Source: an uncultured Leptospirales bacterium (GTDB lineage Bacteria > Spirochaetota > UBA4802 > JAFGDQ01). Taken from it: 64,000 nt of DNA. The notes beneath the pieces were generated by a model. It made no database searches, had not been told where the DNA came from, and was given only the letters and a program-made list of their open reading frames with translations. Every line of letters begins with the position of its first letter. Position 1 is the stretch's first letter. Both the position numbers and the translations under genes were made by a program. The stretch covers positions 5,243 to 69,242 of the forward strand of contig CAZVDF010000010.1 in assembly GCA_964626055.1 (NCBI GenBank), read 5' to 3'. Below are positions 27,498 through 38,600 of the stretch, one piece after another.

Positions 27498-27923
27498 TTA
27501 TTCACCCGGATTCCGATTGCCTTCCGCGTTTACTGGTGCCGATTCCCGGGGTGCTGAAACAACGCTTGAATTCTGCGATGTCCGTTTTTCCCTTAATTTG
27601 GTGGCTTTCCCGGTCCTTTCTCTTAAATAATAAAGTTTAGCTCTCCTGGTTTTACCCTTTCTTATAACCTCGATCTTTGCAATCCTGGGTGAGAATACCG
27701 GGAAAACACGCTCAACGCCGATATCAAATGAAATCTTTCTGACAGTAAATGTCTTGCTTATGCCTTTATTGTCAATAGCGGTAACAACGCCTTCATATAC
27801 CTGGATTCTTTCCCTGTCGCCTTCCACTATTTTATAATGCACTTTGACAGTGTCGCCTACGTGAAAATCTACTTTTTTATCAACAGGCACCATCTTTTTT
27901 TCGATTGTTTGCATAATATTCAT
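27498..27923 (-). CDS. rplS: 50S ribosomal protein L19 (with ~25-aa C-terminal extension)
   Basis: [28 protein letters not shown] pattern. Confidence 0.93.
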   Translation of the reverse strand: MNIMQTIEKKMVPVDKKVDFHVGDTVKVHYKIVEGDRERIQVYEGVVTAIDNKGISKTFTVRKISFDIGVERVFPVFSPRIAKIEVIRKGKTRRAKLYYLRERTGKATKLREKRTSQNSSVVSAPRESAPVNAEGNRNPGE

Positions 27924-27937
27924 ATTTAAAGCTCCTA

Positions 27938-28645
27938 TTAATTTTTTTCCTGTCCTTTAATAATTTCCAGATATTTTCTGTAAAGATCCGGACGTACCCT
28001 CCGGGTTTTCTCTATCGATTTTTCCTTGCGCCATTCCTGTATCTTTCTGTGATCCCCGCTTAAAAGCACGGCGGGAACTTCCAAACCTTCGATCTCCGCC
28101 GGCCTGGTATATTGAGGATATTCAAGAAGATGGCTTTGAAAGCTCTCCTCCGTCAGCGATTCCGGATTGGACATAAATCCAGGCACGTATCTGGCTATCG
28201 AATCGATAATGGCGAGCGCCGCGTATTCTCCGCCGGATAAAACATAATCGCCTATGGATAATTCATAATCAACATACCGGTCAACGACCCTCTGGTCGAT
28301 GCCTTCATATCGTCCGCAGATTATAGTGATATTTTCTTCATTTGAGAGCTGTTTCACCAGTTCCTGTGTCAGAAGCGTCCCTGAAGCGGATGTCAGAATT
28401 ATCCTTGTATTTTCTTTCTTCAAAGAATCGATAGCCCTGAAAAGCGGCTCCGGTTCCAGAACCATACCGCTTCCGCCGCCGTAAGGCGAATCGTCACAGC
28501 GATGGAACTTATCAGCTGAAAAGGATTTTAAATCCACTAATTCGACTTTTATTATCTCACTGCCTACAGCCCTACCCAGAAGACTGGTTTTTAAAGGGCT
28601 TTCGAAAAAATCCGGGAATAAGGTTATAATATTAAATATTTTCAA
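27938..28645 (-). CDS. trmD: tRNA (guanine37-N1)-methyltransferase
   Basis: 235 aa. TrmD pattern ([30 protein letters not shown]). Confidence 0.93.
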   Translation of the reverse strand: MKIFNIITLFPDFFESPLKTSLLGRAVGSEIIKVELVDLKSFSADKFHRCDDSPYGGGSGMVLEPEPLFRAIDSLKKENTRIILTSASGTLLTQELVKQLSNEENITIICGRYEGIDQRVVDRYVDYELSIGDYVLSGGEYAALAIIDSIARYVPGFMSNPESLTEESFQSHLLEYPQYTRPAEIEGLEVPAVLLSGDHRKIQEWRKEKSIEKTRRVRPDLYRKYLEIIKGQEKN

Positions 28646-28729
28646 CTCATTCTTCCAAGCCTTATTCCATGGCTTCCCTCAAGTCCCCCTGCTTTCGCAT
28701 GGGGATGGTCTGCAAACAGCCCGGGGGGC

Positions 28730-29266
28730 TTATTCTCCCGAATCAAAAAGCCCTTCAACCGGGCTTATGTCTATTCTGCCGCTAAAAATACTGCTCGTGT
28801 CAACCATGGAGTTATTAAACGGGATCAGGAATTCTTTTCCTTTATCATCATTTAAAACCAGTATTGTATTCTCTCCCGAGCCCATGAGATCGACGACTTT
28901 GCCGAAAATCCTATTTTCTAGATAAACGCTGCATCCGATTAGATCATAAAAATAAAAAGAACCGCTTTCAAGCTTATCCCTTGTTTTCTCGGCATCGCTT
29001 CTGGTTATATAAATCTCCGATCCCTTTAAAGACAGCGCGGCATCCCTGTCGTTTATATTCTCAAATTTTATAATCGAATTTTTGCTTTTATCAAAAAATT
29101 CACCGCACAGGAAAGGTTTATATGTGCTGCCGATTTTTATATGCAGTATGCCGCCGGGAGCGAAACGTTCAGTGAAATCCGTGACAACTTCCAATTTTAA
29201 CCGCCCGTTCAAGCCATGTGCTCCCGTGATCCTGGCGACTCTTACAAATTGGTCAGTCGAGTTCAA
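28730..29266 (-). CDS. rimM: 16S rRNA processing protein RimM
   Basis: ARITGAHGLNGRLKLEV N-terminus. Position between the KH protein gene and trmD. Confidence 0.88.
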   Translation of the reverse strand: MNSTDQFVRVARITGAHGLNGRLKLEVVTDFTERFAPGGILHIKIGSTYKPFLCGEFFDKSKNSIIKFENINDRDAALSLKGSEIYITRSDAEKTRDKLESGSFYFYDLIGCSVYLENRIFGKVVDLMGSGENTILVLNDDKGKEFLIPFNNSMVDTSSIFSGRIDISPVEGLFDSGE

Positions 29267-29499
29267 TCAAGTATTTCCAAAACAACCTTTTTCCCTAATT
29301 TTGTTGCAGAAGCATTAAGGATAGTCCTGATGGCTCTGGCAATTCTTCCATGCTTTCCTATGACTTTCCCGATGTCTTCCTTTTTTACTTTGAGCTCAAG
29401 GATGGTCGACTTCTCTCCTTCAACTTCATGAAGTTCGACATCGTTGGGATTATCGACAAGACTTTTAACCATATACTCAACAAGCTCTTTAAAGTCCAT
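29263..29499 (-). CDS. KH-domain RNA-binding protein (UPF0109/YlqC family)
   Basis: ORF extends to 29526. ATG at 29499 gives MDFKELVEYMVKSLVDNPNDV, the typical family N-terminus. VIGKHGRIARAIRTIL KH motif. Confidence 0.85.
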   Translation of the reverse strand: MDFKELVEYMVKSLVDNPNDVELHEVEGEKSTILELKVKKEDIGKVIGKHGRIARAIRTILNASATKLGKKVVLEILD

Positions 29500-29779
29500 T
29501 TGCACCTCCAGCGGAAACATTGCCATCTTTGAATTTTTTCCAGATGCCTGTTTTTTTCAACAATCTCTCGATTGTCCCGGTGGGCACTGCGCCGGCCTTA
29601 AGCCAGTTAATTACACGACTTTCATCAACAGTAAATTGCTCTGCTTTTGAAATTGGATGATATTTTCCGAGATATTCAATTACCTCTCCATTTCTTTTCT
29701 TTTTGCTGTCAACCGCCGCTATTCTGTAGAATGGTCTCTTTTTTGTCCCTAATCTTTGTAATCGTATTTTTACCGACAC
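29489..29779 (-). CDS. rpsP: 30S ribosomal protein S16
   Basis: GTG at 29779, 8 nt after GGAGG, gives MSVKIRLQRLGTKKRPFYRI. The ORF track starts it at an upstream TTG (29794). Confidence 0.92.
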   Translation of the reverse strand: MSVKIRLQRLGTKKRPFYRIAAVDSKKKRNGEVIEYLGKYHPISKAEQFTVDESRVINWLKAGAVPTGTIERLLKKTGIWKKFKDGNVSAGGANGL

Positions 29780-29855
29780 CTTATTAACCTCCAAATTATC
29801 ATCAAAGGGCTGATTATTTAATAAGCCCCATTTTTGTCAATAATAAATATAATAA

Positions 29856-30893
29856 TTAATTAAACTCATCAGGTTCTATATTGATCGTTTCGACAATCTG
29901 CCTGTTATTTACAATGCTTATCCTTGCCGCTCCCTTTCTTAAAAAAATAAAATCTATTTTCCCTCCGGCTTTCATTTTTCTTGAAAATCTAATCCTCTTT
30001 GGGCCGCCGTCGTCGATATAAGCTTCGAATATACCTTCTTTCTCGCCCGATGGGATTGTATAACTGACTCTTTCATAAGAAGTATATGCTTTTTCCTTTT
30101 TAGGATAGTAATTTACTTTCAGCTTAACAATCATTCCCGTCAGAATTGCATCGCCTGTTCCTGGAATATGCGATTCAATAATCCCGCTTTTCGAAGCCGT
30201 ATCGGCTGTTGCTATTTCTTCCTGAACGAACAACCCTTTTGAAAGCAAAAGATCAAAAGCTATATCTATCGACTGTCCATGCAGCCCGGGCATCTTCATT
30301 TCTCCTCCCGCCTTCCCGGACGATACAAGCAGGTTAACCCTGCGGTCCGGCGATATCTCTTCTCCGGCTTCGGGACTCTGCTGAATGACGACGCTCTCGG
30401 TTATTTTATCGGACGGAATATACGAAATGACGCCTGTGCCTATTGCATAGGATCTGTCGTTATAATGAATATTCTTAAGCTTATTTATCGCAAAAGGCAG
30501 CTTTAAACCCGCGAGATTCGGCACAGGCAGAAATACTTTGCTTCTGCTTATGACCAGCTTAACTTTTTCTCCTTCGAAAACTATTCTGCCGCTCTCGGGA
30601 TATTGATTAAGAATAATACCGTCGTCCATATCGTAGACTTCATAAGGCTTTAATTCCGGGACAAGTCCTTTTCTTACAAGACTGTTATAAACATCTTCAA
30701 ATCTCCTGCCAACGACGTGAGGCACGGCGATCTCTTTGTCCGGCTTCGTCAGGAAAACAAGAATTACGGAAGAAACTAAAAGATACAGAGACAATCCGAT
30801 AAACAATATTAATGCGATGCGTCCCGCAAAAATCACTAATCCTTTCTTCTGTTCTTTATTGTCTATACCGGCATCCATCTGATTTTCCGCCAC
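29856..30893 (-). CDS. membrane-anchored PASTA-repeat protein without kinase or PBP domain
   Basis: 345 aa. One N-terminal TM helix. Three PASTA-like repeats (VPHVVGRRFEDVYNSLVRKGL..., VPNLAGLKLPFAINKL..., MPGLHGQSIDIAFDLLLSKGL...). Confidence 0.7.
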   Translation of the reverse strand: MAENQMDAGIDNKEQKKGLVIFAGRIALILFIGLSLYLLVSSVILVFLTKPDKEIAVPHVVGRRFEDVYNSLVRKGLVPELKPYEVYDMDDGIILNQYPESGRIVFEGEKVKLVISRSKVFLPVPNLAGLKLPFAINKLKNIHYNDRSYAIGTGVISYIPSDKITESVVIQQSPEAGEEISPDRRVNLLVSSGKAGGEMKMPGLHGQSIDIAFDLLLSKGLFVQEEIATADTASKSGIIESHIPGTGDAILTGMIVKLKVNYYPKKEKAYTSYERVSYTIPSGEKEGIFEAYIDDGGPKRIRFSRKMKAGGKIDFIFLRKGAARISIVNNRQIVETINIEPDEFN

Positions 30894-31068
30894 AATTTAA
30901 ATCCTTAATTCATTCACAACATTTCAATTCAGCAGCAAATATCACAGAAAAGAAATACTAAATGAGGGGATAATATATTGTTTAATCCGACTGTACTTAT
31001 TAAACAAATTATTGTTCATTTGTAAATCATAAAATAATAAATAATTACAAACATTTTTAAAAGCGGCA

Positions 31069-31128
31069 GTAATTTATTCCGATTTACAGTCAATCGCTTA
31101 TATGAATCTATAATTTTAAAATGACTTC
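31069..31128 (+). repeat. family A right-half remnant
   Basis: GTAATTTATTCCGATTTA matches the copy-4 right inner stem (GTAATGTATTCCGATTTA) at 17 of 18 positions. It is followed by CTATAATTTTAAAATGACTTC. Confidence 0.6.
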
Positions 31129-31173
31129 TAATTAAAATCATTCGATATTTCGATATATTAATAGAGTATTATA

Positions 31174-31331
31174 ATAAAATTCCCCGGGGCAAGCCCCCGG
31201 TACTGACGTACCGGCCGCCACCTTCGGTGTTGGCGGGGTATTATGTTTCAAGGCGTTATCGATTTGCTCCGCAAATCGATTGGCTTTCATCCTCGACGCA
31301 AGCGTCAAGGTATTACGCCTTGAAATAAAAT
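31174..31331 (+). repeat. family B element, full copy (six hairpins)
   Basis: H1 GGGG-CAAG-CCCC. H2 CCGGTAC-TGAC-GTACCGG. H3 CCGCCA...TGGCGG. Closing stem TTTCAAGGCGT/ACGCCTTGAAA encloses ATCGATTTGC-TCC-GCAAATCGAT and CCTCGACGC-AA-GCGTCAAGG. Confidence 0.85.
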
Positions 31332-31347
31332 CATACGGATATTTTCA

Positions 31348-32466
31348 ATGGTTAAACTATTATTGACAGCCGATATCCACCTGGGTTCCAGTATCGGAAA
31401 ATTGACTGTACCGGAGGAATGCCGCTTAAAGACATTTAAAAAGCTGTCTTTTCTGGCAAAATCCCACGATTTATTCATTATTGCCGGCGACATGTTCCAT
31501 AGCAACGGTTTAAATGAAAGGATTGCCGATTATGTGGCCGGGGAGTTCAAAACCCTGAGGGAAAGCGGAGTGGAAATAATTTATACTCTGGGGGAGCACG
31601 AACTTGACGGCAATGACACGTCTCTGCTGTCCGGGCTTAACGCTTCAAAAATATTTTCAGATACCGATGGGATCTCGCCTTTCAGGTTCGAAAAAGAAAA
31701 CCAGGAAATATTCATCTACGGCCTTCCTGCCTTCAGCAGGCATGACCTGTCCGAAATTAATAAAATCTCAGGATACGGATTTCACATAGGCGTATTTCAT
31801 GCTGATTTTTACTTCAATGAAGAGAACAGAACAAACAAAATACGCATGATCGAGAAAGAGGATATAATGTCTTTAAATCTGGATTTTTATGCTTTAGGGC
31901 ATAACCATCAGTTCAAATTGTTCAAATCCGGGGGCAAATACATCGGCGCGTACCCCGGCAGCCCGGAAGCGGTTAAATTCGATGAAGACGGCGACAGATA
32001 TGCTCTTTCAATTACCGTTAAAGACAACGATATATTTCAGATCAAAAGGCACACCGTCAATTCACTAAAGCTTGAAAGCATTGTTTTCGACTGCGGGACA
32101 TCGAAGGATCTGAATTCAATACTTGAGATGTTGAATGGAAAAAAATCCGACGATAAAATTCTGAAAGTTCGGTTAACCGGTAGAAGGAATTTCCGGCTCG
32201 ACCATGGAGATATTGAAAAAATAAACAGCGAAAACAAAAATATATATATAGAGAACGAATCATCCCCGACAATCAACTTATTCATCGATGAATTCGCAAA
32301 TGAAGATTCGCTGAGAGGAGAATTCTTTAAACTGCTGGATCAAAAAATAAAAAATGACCAGTTCCCTCCCGGCATAAATGCGGATATTTTGTCCGATATA
32401 TTCGATAAGGTAATTAATTCCGGATCTTATACTTTGGAGGATCTATGCAGTTATTGGAGTGCATAG
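31348..32466 (+). CDS. calcineurin-like metallophosphoesterase, SbcD/YhaO-like nuclease
   Basis: LLLTADIHLGS, IIAGDMFH and GHNH motifs. 372 aa. Confidence 0.8.
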   Translation: MVKLLLTADIHLGSSIGKLTVPEECRLKTFKKLSFLAKSHDLFIIAGDMFHSNGLNERIADYVAGEFKTLRESGVEIIYTLGEHELDGNDTSLLSGLNASKIFSDTDGISPFRFEKENQEIFIYGLPAFSRHDLSEINKISGYGFHIGVFHADFYFNEENRTNKIRMIEKEDIMSLNLDFYALGHNHQFKLFKSGGKYIGAYPGSPEAVKFDEDGDRYALSITVKDNDIFQIKRHTVNSLKLESIVFDCGTSKDLNSILEMLNGKKSDDKILKVRLTGRRNFRLDHGDIEKINSENKNIYIENESSPTINLFIDEFANEDSLRGEFFKLLDQKIKNDQFPPGINADILSDIFDKVINSGSYTLEDLCSYWSA

Positions 32467-34637
32467 TTTCAAAACCCGGACTTTTTAACAATATTAAGCT
32501 GAAATTCGACAGCGGCCTGAACGTTATCTACGGCAGGAACGAGTCCGGCAAAACCATGATGGCAAAGGCCATAATAGATACGCTGTGGGGTGAGTTTTCC
32601 GGGTATTTATCGCTTAACGGAAATACATGGGATAATCTTTATTCCGAAGTATTATTTAAAAATTCCACTGGAAGATACAGGTTCATCAGGAATAAAAAAG
32701 AATTATTCTCGGTAAATTTTGTCAGCGCCGGCGAAGCCGCTTTTACCCGGGAAAATGAGATTTTTAAAAGAGATCGGGAAGGGAGCCGGGACGGCGACGG
32801 CGCATGGTATTTAAAAATATATGAATCGACGAACGACAGGGAAACCACCAGGCTTTTTAATAAAATTGACATTCGCACATTTATGGATATCTCATATCTG
32901 CCGGAACCGATTAATATTTCTCAAAACGGCAAGCCGGACGGCAATATTATATCAAAATTTTTAGTCGATGACGGCAGCAACTTCTATGCGCTATATGAGA
33001 ATATCTCCGATGCGATCGGGAATGAATGCTCAGCAGGCAGCTTAAGCAACTCAATATTCAATGAGATATTGAAAAAAGAAAGCGAAATAAAAAAAATCAA
33101 TCAAAAGCTGCAGATATTCGATATACAGAATAGTAAATCCGAACGCATAAACAAGGAAAAAGCCAGAATCCAGCAGGAACTGAAAGACCTTAATGACGAA
33201 CTGGCAAAAGTCCGGTTTGATAAATCAAAGCTCATAAATGTTCGGGAAAGCCTGAACAAACTGTCCGAGATCGACGCTGTCATAGAAGGGAAAAACAGTC
33301 AAAAACGGATCGAACGGGAAAAAACCGAATCCATAAACAACCTGGAAGATCTCATCAAAAACCGCTTTCCTCAATTCTATAATTTCGAAGAAAAAAATAT
33401 TAAGAATCTAAAAAATATACAGGAAACGTACAGGGAAGTAAGAGATGTACATGAGCAAATTGAAAATTTTTATTTATTAAGAACCGAGAAAAAAAATAAA
33501 TTTAAAAATATAATTTTAATTATTAATATCTCATCGATATGCGCGCTGGCAGCGCTTCTTGGTATTTCGAATAATGCTTTCCCTTCGCGGTTTTTGAATG
33601 AATATAAAATATATTATATAATCGGGCTTCTGATATTATGCATTTCCAGTTCCGTTATGTTTTTACTCTTTTATCTTTTAACTTCAAGATCCGTCGATTT
33701 AAAAAGGATCATGAAAAAAAAGTCGGAAGTAGAAAAAAAACTGGAGGAAATCCTGCAGAAAAACAATATAACGCTTAACGAATATAAGCTTGAAGCCATT
33801 TATGAGTACCTTGTAAAATACTTCGAGGAATACGGAGAATATTCAATAAGCCAGACCGAACTGACCAACATCAAGGAATCCCTGAAACCGGATGAATATG
33901 CGAAAGCAATTGACGATGAGATCAGCAAACTGGAAAACACACAGAATATCATAAGACAGGAAATCGATAACGACTTAAAATCGTTGAACGAAAAAATGCT
34001 GATTGAAATAAATCCGGATAAAATAAAAAAATTAATACTGAGCAAAAACTCCAAAATTAAGGATATCAAGGAAAGCATAATACATTACAAAAAAATATTA
34101 TCACAGGTGGAAAAAGAGTTTGTTCCGGCAGAGTCGCATTCCGCGGAATTAAAGAACTACAAAGATGAAAAAACGAATATACAGATATCGCTTGACAGGC
34201 TTAATAATTATAAAGATTCCGTTTCGTACGTCATGGATCTTCTCAAAGAAGCCATTGATGCCAGAGAATATAAACAAATAACACTACTTGCAAAAACAGC
34301 CTGCAGTAATTTTCATTTTTTAACGGATAATCAATATACCGGAGCAATAAATGACGACGCTATTATTAAGACAATAAAAGGGGAAATGCCGCTCAACGAA
34401 TTCAATCCCTCCGTAATTCATTCATTGCTTCTTTCCGTCAAGCTGGCCGTGACCGATAAATTCAACGACCTGGAAGTTAATCTTCCCCTTATTATTGATG
34501 AGCCGTTCCAGCAAATGGACGATCAAAGGATCGGCAGATTTAAAAAATTGCTGGACGATATATCATCTAAAAGGCAGATTATTATATTTACGCGCAGCAC
34601 CAAATACAAAGACTGGGGTTCTTATAAAGAATTATAA
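32445..34637 (+). CDS. Rad50/SbcC/YhaN-like AAA ATPase with coiled coils and a central two-TM hairpin
   Basis: Walker A GRNESGKTMMAKA. Long coiled coils. TM segments IILIINISSICALAALLGI and IYYIIGLLILCISSSVMFLLFYLL (about 33507..33704). Walker B LPLIIDEPF. Confidence 0.8.
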   Translation: MQLLECIVSKPGLFNNIKLKFDSGLNVIYGRNESGKTMMAKAIIDTLWGEFSGYLSLNGNTWDNLYSEVLFKNSTGRYRFIRNKKELFSVNFVSAGEAAFTRENEIFKRDREGSRDGDGAWYLKIYESTNDRETTRLFNKIDIRTFMDISYLPEPINISQNGKPDGNIISKFLVDDGSNFYALYENISDAIGNECSAGSLSNSIFNEILKKESEIKKINQKLQIFDIQNSKSERINKEKARIQQELKDLNDELAKVRFDKSKLINVRESLNKLSEIDAVIEGKNSQKRIEREKTESINNLEDLIKNRFPQFYNFEEKNIKNLKNIQETYREVRDVHEQIENFYLLRTEKKNKFKNIILIINISSICALAALLGISNNAFPSRFLNEYKIYYIIGLLILCISSSVMFLLFYLLTSRSVDLKRIMKKKSEVEKKLEEILQKNNITLNEYKLEAIYEYLVKYFEEYGEYSISQTELTNIKESLKPDEYAKAIDDEISKLENTQNIIRQEIDNDLKSLNEKMLIEINPDKIKKLILSKNSKIKDIKESIIHYKKILSQVEKEFVPAESHSAELKNYKDEKTNIQISLDRLNNYKDSVSYVMDLLKEAIDAREYKQITLLAKTACSNFHFLTDNQYTGAINDDAIIKTIKGEMPLNEFNPSVIHSLLLSVKLAVTDKFNDLEVNLPLIIDEPFQQMDDQRIGRFKKLLDDISSKRQIIIFTRSTKYKDWGSYKEL

Positions 34638-34645
34638 ATATAATT

Positions 34646-35632
34646 ATGGATAATAACGGTCAGCTTTCATTCTCGGACGATCCCCTTTCAAGCGGTATAA
34701 ACGAAGTTTACCAGTTCATTGAAGATGGCGATTTCAAACAGGCGATTCTGAAACTGGACGGACTGATGAATATGGATCCGGATTTCCGCGGGGTCACGGA
34801 AGCATACAGAGCCGCGAAGTTCTGGGCAAACCGGTCCGGTGAAATCGACAGCCTGCCCGAGGGAAAACAAACAGCGGATTTCTTAATGCGCGAGTGGGAA
34901 GATTTTAAGGTATACGCTGCCAATAACGATATGTCGGATTCCGCCGCGTTCATCTCCGCCATGAAATATGTTTTTTTTAACGCGTCAGAGAATTATAAAA
35001 CCGCTTTTAAAGAGCAGGAAAGCACGGCGGATAATTTCGATCTATTGCTGAATTTAGGAATGTGCTTTATTATTCTGAAAGAATATAAAGCATCGATTGA
35101 AACTCTCGAGTACGCAAGGAGTTCGAACAGAAACAGCGCCAGGCTGAATTCCCTGCTTGGGGAAGCCTATTTTAATTCAAATGAAATGTCGAGAAGCCTG
35201 CTGTTCTTCAAGGAAGCTTTCTTTATAAATCCTTCGGAAATAGACCTGTCCCCTTTAAAAGCAAAACCCATACTGGACCTGGTCGCAATCACAAAAGAAA
35301 AAAAGCCCGGGTCAAGCGATATCAGAGAATGGATGCCCGTATTCGGATTTACAAACGATATATTTTACTCGAGAAGAAATATCAACAGCGAGCAGATCGA
35401 GTCCATTAAACGGGAAATATACACACTTGAAAAGAACCTGCATGCTTTAAGCAAAGAAAAATCCGCCGAATCGAACATTATTCCCAGATTGATAAACAAG
35501 TATATCTGGATGCTCGATTATTTCCGGTTCCAGAACTATGATTACGAAAGCATTATGGAGATCAAGAACAGGCTGATCCAGCTTGACGGGGAAACCTTCG
35601 AAGGATATTTTAAAGAACACGAACTTAAATAA
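34646..35632 (+). CDS. hypothetical helical-repeat (TPR-like) protein
   Basis: 328 aa, 8 nt after the ATPase gene. Helical repeat composition only. Confidence 0.55.
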   Translation: MDNNGQLSFSDDPLSSGINEVYQFIEDGDFKQAILKLDGLMNMDPDFRGVTEAYRAAKFWANRSGEIDSLPEGKQTADFLMREWEDFKVYAANNDMSDSAAFISAMKYVFFNASENYKTAFKEQESTADNFDLLLNLGMCFIILKEYKASIETLEYARSSNRNSARLNSLLGEAYFNSNEMSRSLLFFKEAFFINPSEIDLSPLKAKPILDLVAITKEKKPGSSDIREWMPVFGFTNDIFYSRRNINSEQIESIKREIYTLEKNLHALSKEKSAESNIIPRLINKYIWMLDYFRFQNYDYESIMEIKNRLIQLDGETFEGYFKEHELK

Positions 35633-35643
35633 AGAAAATATTA

Positions 35644-38600
35644 TTATTTTTCGTCCAGGATCTCGCCTATTTTCTGAAGCAAATCGCCGGGCGTAATGGG
35701 CTTGGGCAAAAAATTAAATTCCTTATCCTGTATGCCTTTATCCAGAATAACATCCCTGGTATAACCGCTTGTAAATATGGTTTTGATGCCCGGTCTGAAT
35801 TTAAGCACCTCATCGTATACTTCCCTGCCGTTCTTTTTCGGCATTATAGTATCCACTATCATAAGATCGATATTTTTTATTTTCTTCGATTTTTCAACGG
35901 CATCCTCGCCGTCGACGGCTTCAATAATAGTATACCCGTAAGCGGTAAGTATCGTTTTCATCAGCTTTCTTACGCTTTCGTTATCCTCCGCAATCAGTAT
36001 CGTCTCGCCCCCTTTCCTGAATTGCCGCAACGCGGGTTTCACAGATTCTTCCGAAGTAATACTTAAAGGAAAATAAAGATGGAAAGTCGTTCCTGCATTT
36101 TTTTCGCTATGCACGCCGATATGCCCGCTGTGCTGTTTAATAATCCCGTACACTGTTGAAAGCCCCAGCCCGGTGCCCCTGCCGACCTCCTTGGTAGTAA
36201 AGAACGGATCGAAAATATGTTCGCGGATTTTTGCGTCCATCCCGATCCCCGTATCCGAAAAGGAAAGCAAAGCGTATTTTCCACGCTTCTCAAAACCGGT
36301 GGAATTTTTTTCCATATTCAATACGCGGGTTTCTATGGTTATAGTCCCGCCCTTCGGCATCGCATCCCTCGAATTGGTCGCAAGATTGAACAATATCTGG
36401 TCTATCTGCGAAGGATCGCCCAGTATCGTAGTATCATCCCCGGTCAGTTTCTTCTTAAGAACAATGTCTTCAGTTAAAAGGGTTGCCAGCAGTTTCTCGG
36501 TGCTATTTATGACTTCGTTCAGTTTAATGTTTTTTAAATTGATAGGGCGCTTCCTGCTGAACGATAAAAGCCCCTGAGTCAGGCTTGTCGCTTTTTCGGC
36601 GGATTCGACTATAAGATCAACATACTTTCTCATCGGATTGTCCGTCATTAATCCGCTCTGCAGAAGGGAGCCGTACCCGAGCATAACGCTGAGCATATTA
36701 TTGAAATCGTGCGCAATGCCTCCGACGAAAGTTCCGATGGCTTCCATCTTCTGAGCCTGGCGAAGATCGATCTGAAGTTTTTCCTTTTCCAGCTTGGCCT
36801 GAATATGTTTGGTTATATCGAAGGAAGAACCTTCGTAATAAAGAACCTTCCTGCCGGGATCGCGAACAGCGCGGGCATTTGTCGAAATCCATATTTTTAC
36901 GCCGTCTTTTCTGTAGACTTGATGTTCAAACGCGATCAGGGATTCGTTTTTTTCAAGAGTTCTGATAAACTTGACCTGATCCTCCGGGTTGACGAATAAT
37001 TGTCTTTTTATGTCCGTTATGCTCTTAATCAGTTCATCTGCCGATTCATACCCCAGCATTGAAACAAAAGACGGATTTACATTAATAAACTTTCCTTTGT
37101 AAGTGCACTGGAAAATCCCTTCAACAGATCTGTTGAAAATATCGCGATATTTCTCTTCGCTCACGCGAAGGGCTTCCTCCATTCGCATATGTTCCGTAAT
37201 ATCGCTTATCAAACCGTCGTAGGCAATCAGGCTGCCGCCTTCATAGCGTCTCACGGATGTATTTCTCACCCACCGTACTGTTCCGCTTTTATGAATTATA
37301 CGGTGCTCAATTGGCTTAACTTCTTCATTCCCGAGCACTTTTACCGACTGCTCAACAACCTTCTGCCTGTCGTTATCGTGTATCATTCTATACCACAGCA
37401 TGGGATCGAGCTCAAATTCACGCGAAGAATAGCCTGTTACCATGATACATCCCGGCCCGTGTTTCGTTGAGACGGGAATTCCATTTTCGATTCTGACCGT
37501 ATATATGTAATCCGTAACGGATTCTATAAGTTTTTTAAAGCGCTCCTCGCTTGCCCGCAGTTCTTCCTCTGTCCGCTTGCGTTCGGTTATATCCTGGGTA
37601 GTAAATACGACACCTGCCGATTTATCGTCAAGGTCTACCGCCGCGGCTGTGACATGGACATCCAGGATCCGGCCGTCTTTATGAATCCATTTGGTGTCTG
37701 TCTCGCCCACTTCCCCGTCCCATACTTTACCGTAAACTGCCTCTCCGACGCGCTTGAATTCTTCTTCGCTTAAATAAACATTTTTCGCGTTAAATTCAAG
37801 CTCTTCTATGGTATGGCCGGTTATATGTTTCATCCCGTCGTTTGTCCACGAGATTTTTCTGTCATTTGTTATCAGGGCTATGCCTACCGGCGCTGCGGCA
37901 AAAATTGACCCCATGGTCGCTTCGTTTCTTTTAAGGATTTCTTCCATCTGTTTTCGTTCCGTAATATCCTGCACGGTAAAAACCACACCTGCCGATTTAT
38001 CCTTATAATCTACTGCCCCAATACTGACATGGACGTCCAGTATCCTGCCGCCTTTATGAACCCATTTAGCGTCTGTCTCGCCGATTTTCCCTTCCCAAAC
38101 ATTTTTGTATACCAAATCCCCGACGCGTGAGAACTCCTCTTCTGTTTTATATAGTTCCCTTACGGCTTTGCCGCTCATTTCTTCCATTGAATAACCCGTT
38201 ATAGCGGCTATCCTGTCATTTCCCCACAGAATCTTCCTGTCATCCGTAAGAAATGCAATGCCGATCGGCAATGCGGCAAAAATGGATCTCATGGTCTCTT
38301 CGTTTCTTTTTACAGTTTCTTCCGCAGCCTTGCGCCGGGTTATATCCTGGGCGATAAAGACCACCCCGGCAGATCTGTCATTCGGGTCCAGGGCGGCGAC
38401 GCTGATATGGACGTCAAGAATGCGGCCGTCTTTATGCTTCCATCTGGCGTCTGTCTCCCCGACTTCTCCATTCCAGACTTTACTGTATATAACTTCTCCG
38501 ACGCGCTTATATTCTTCTTCGCTTAAATAAACTTTTTTCGGATCGTATCCGATCTCCGCCACTGTATGGCCGGTTATTAAAGGTTTTGTTTCATTGGCCC

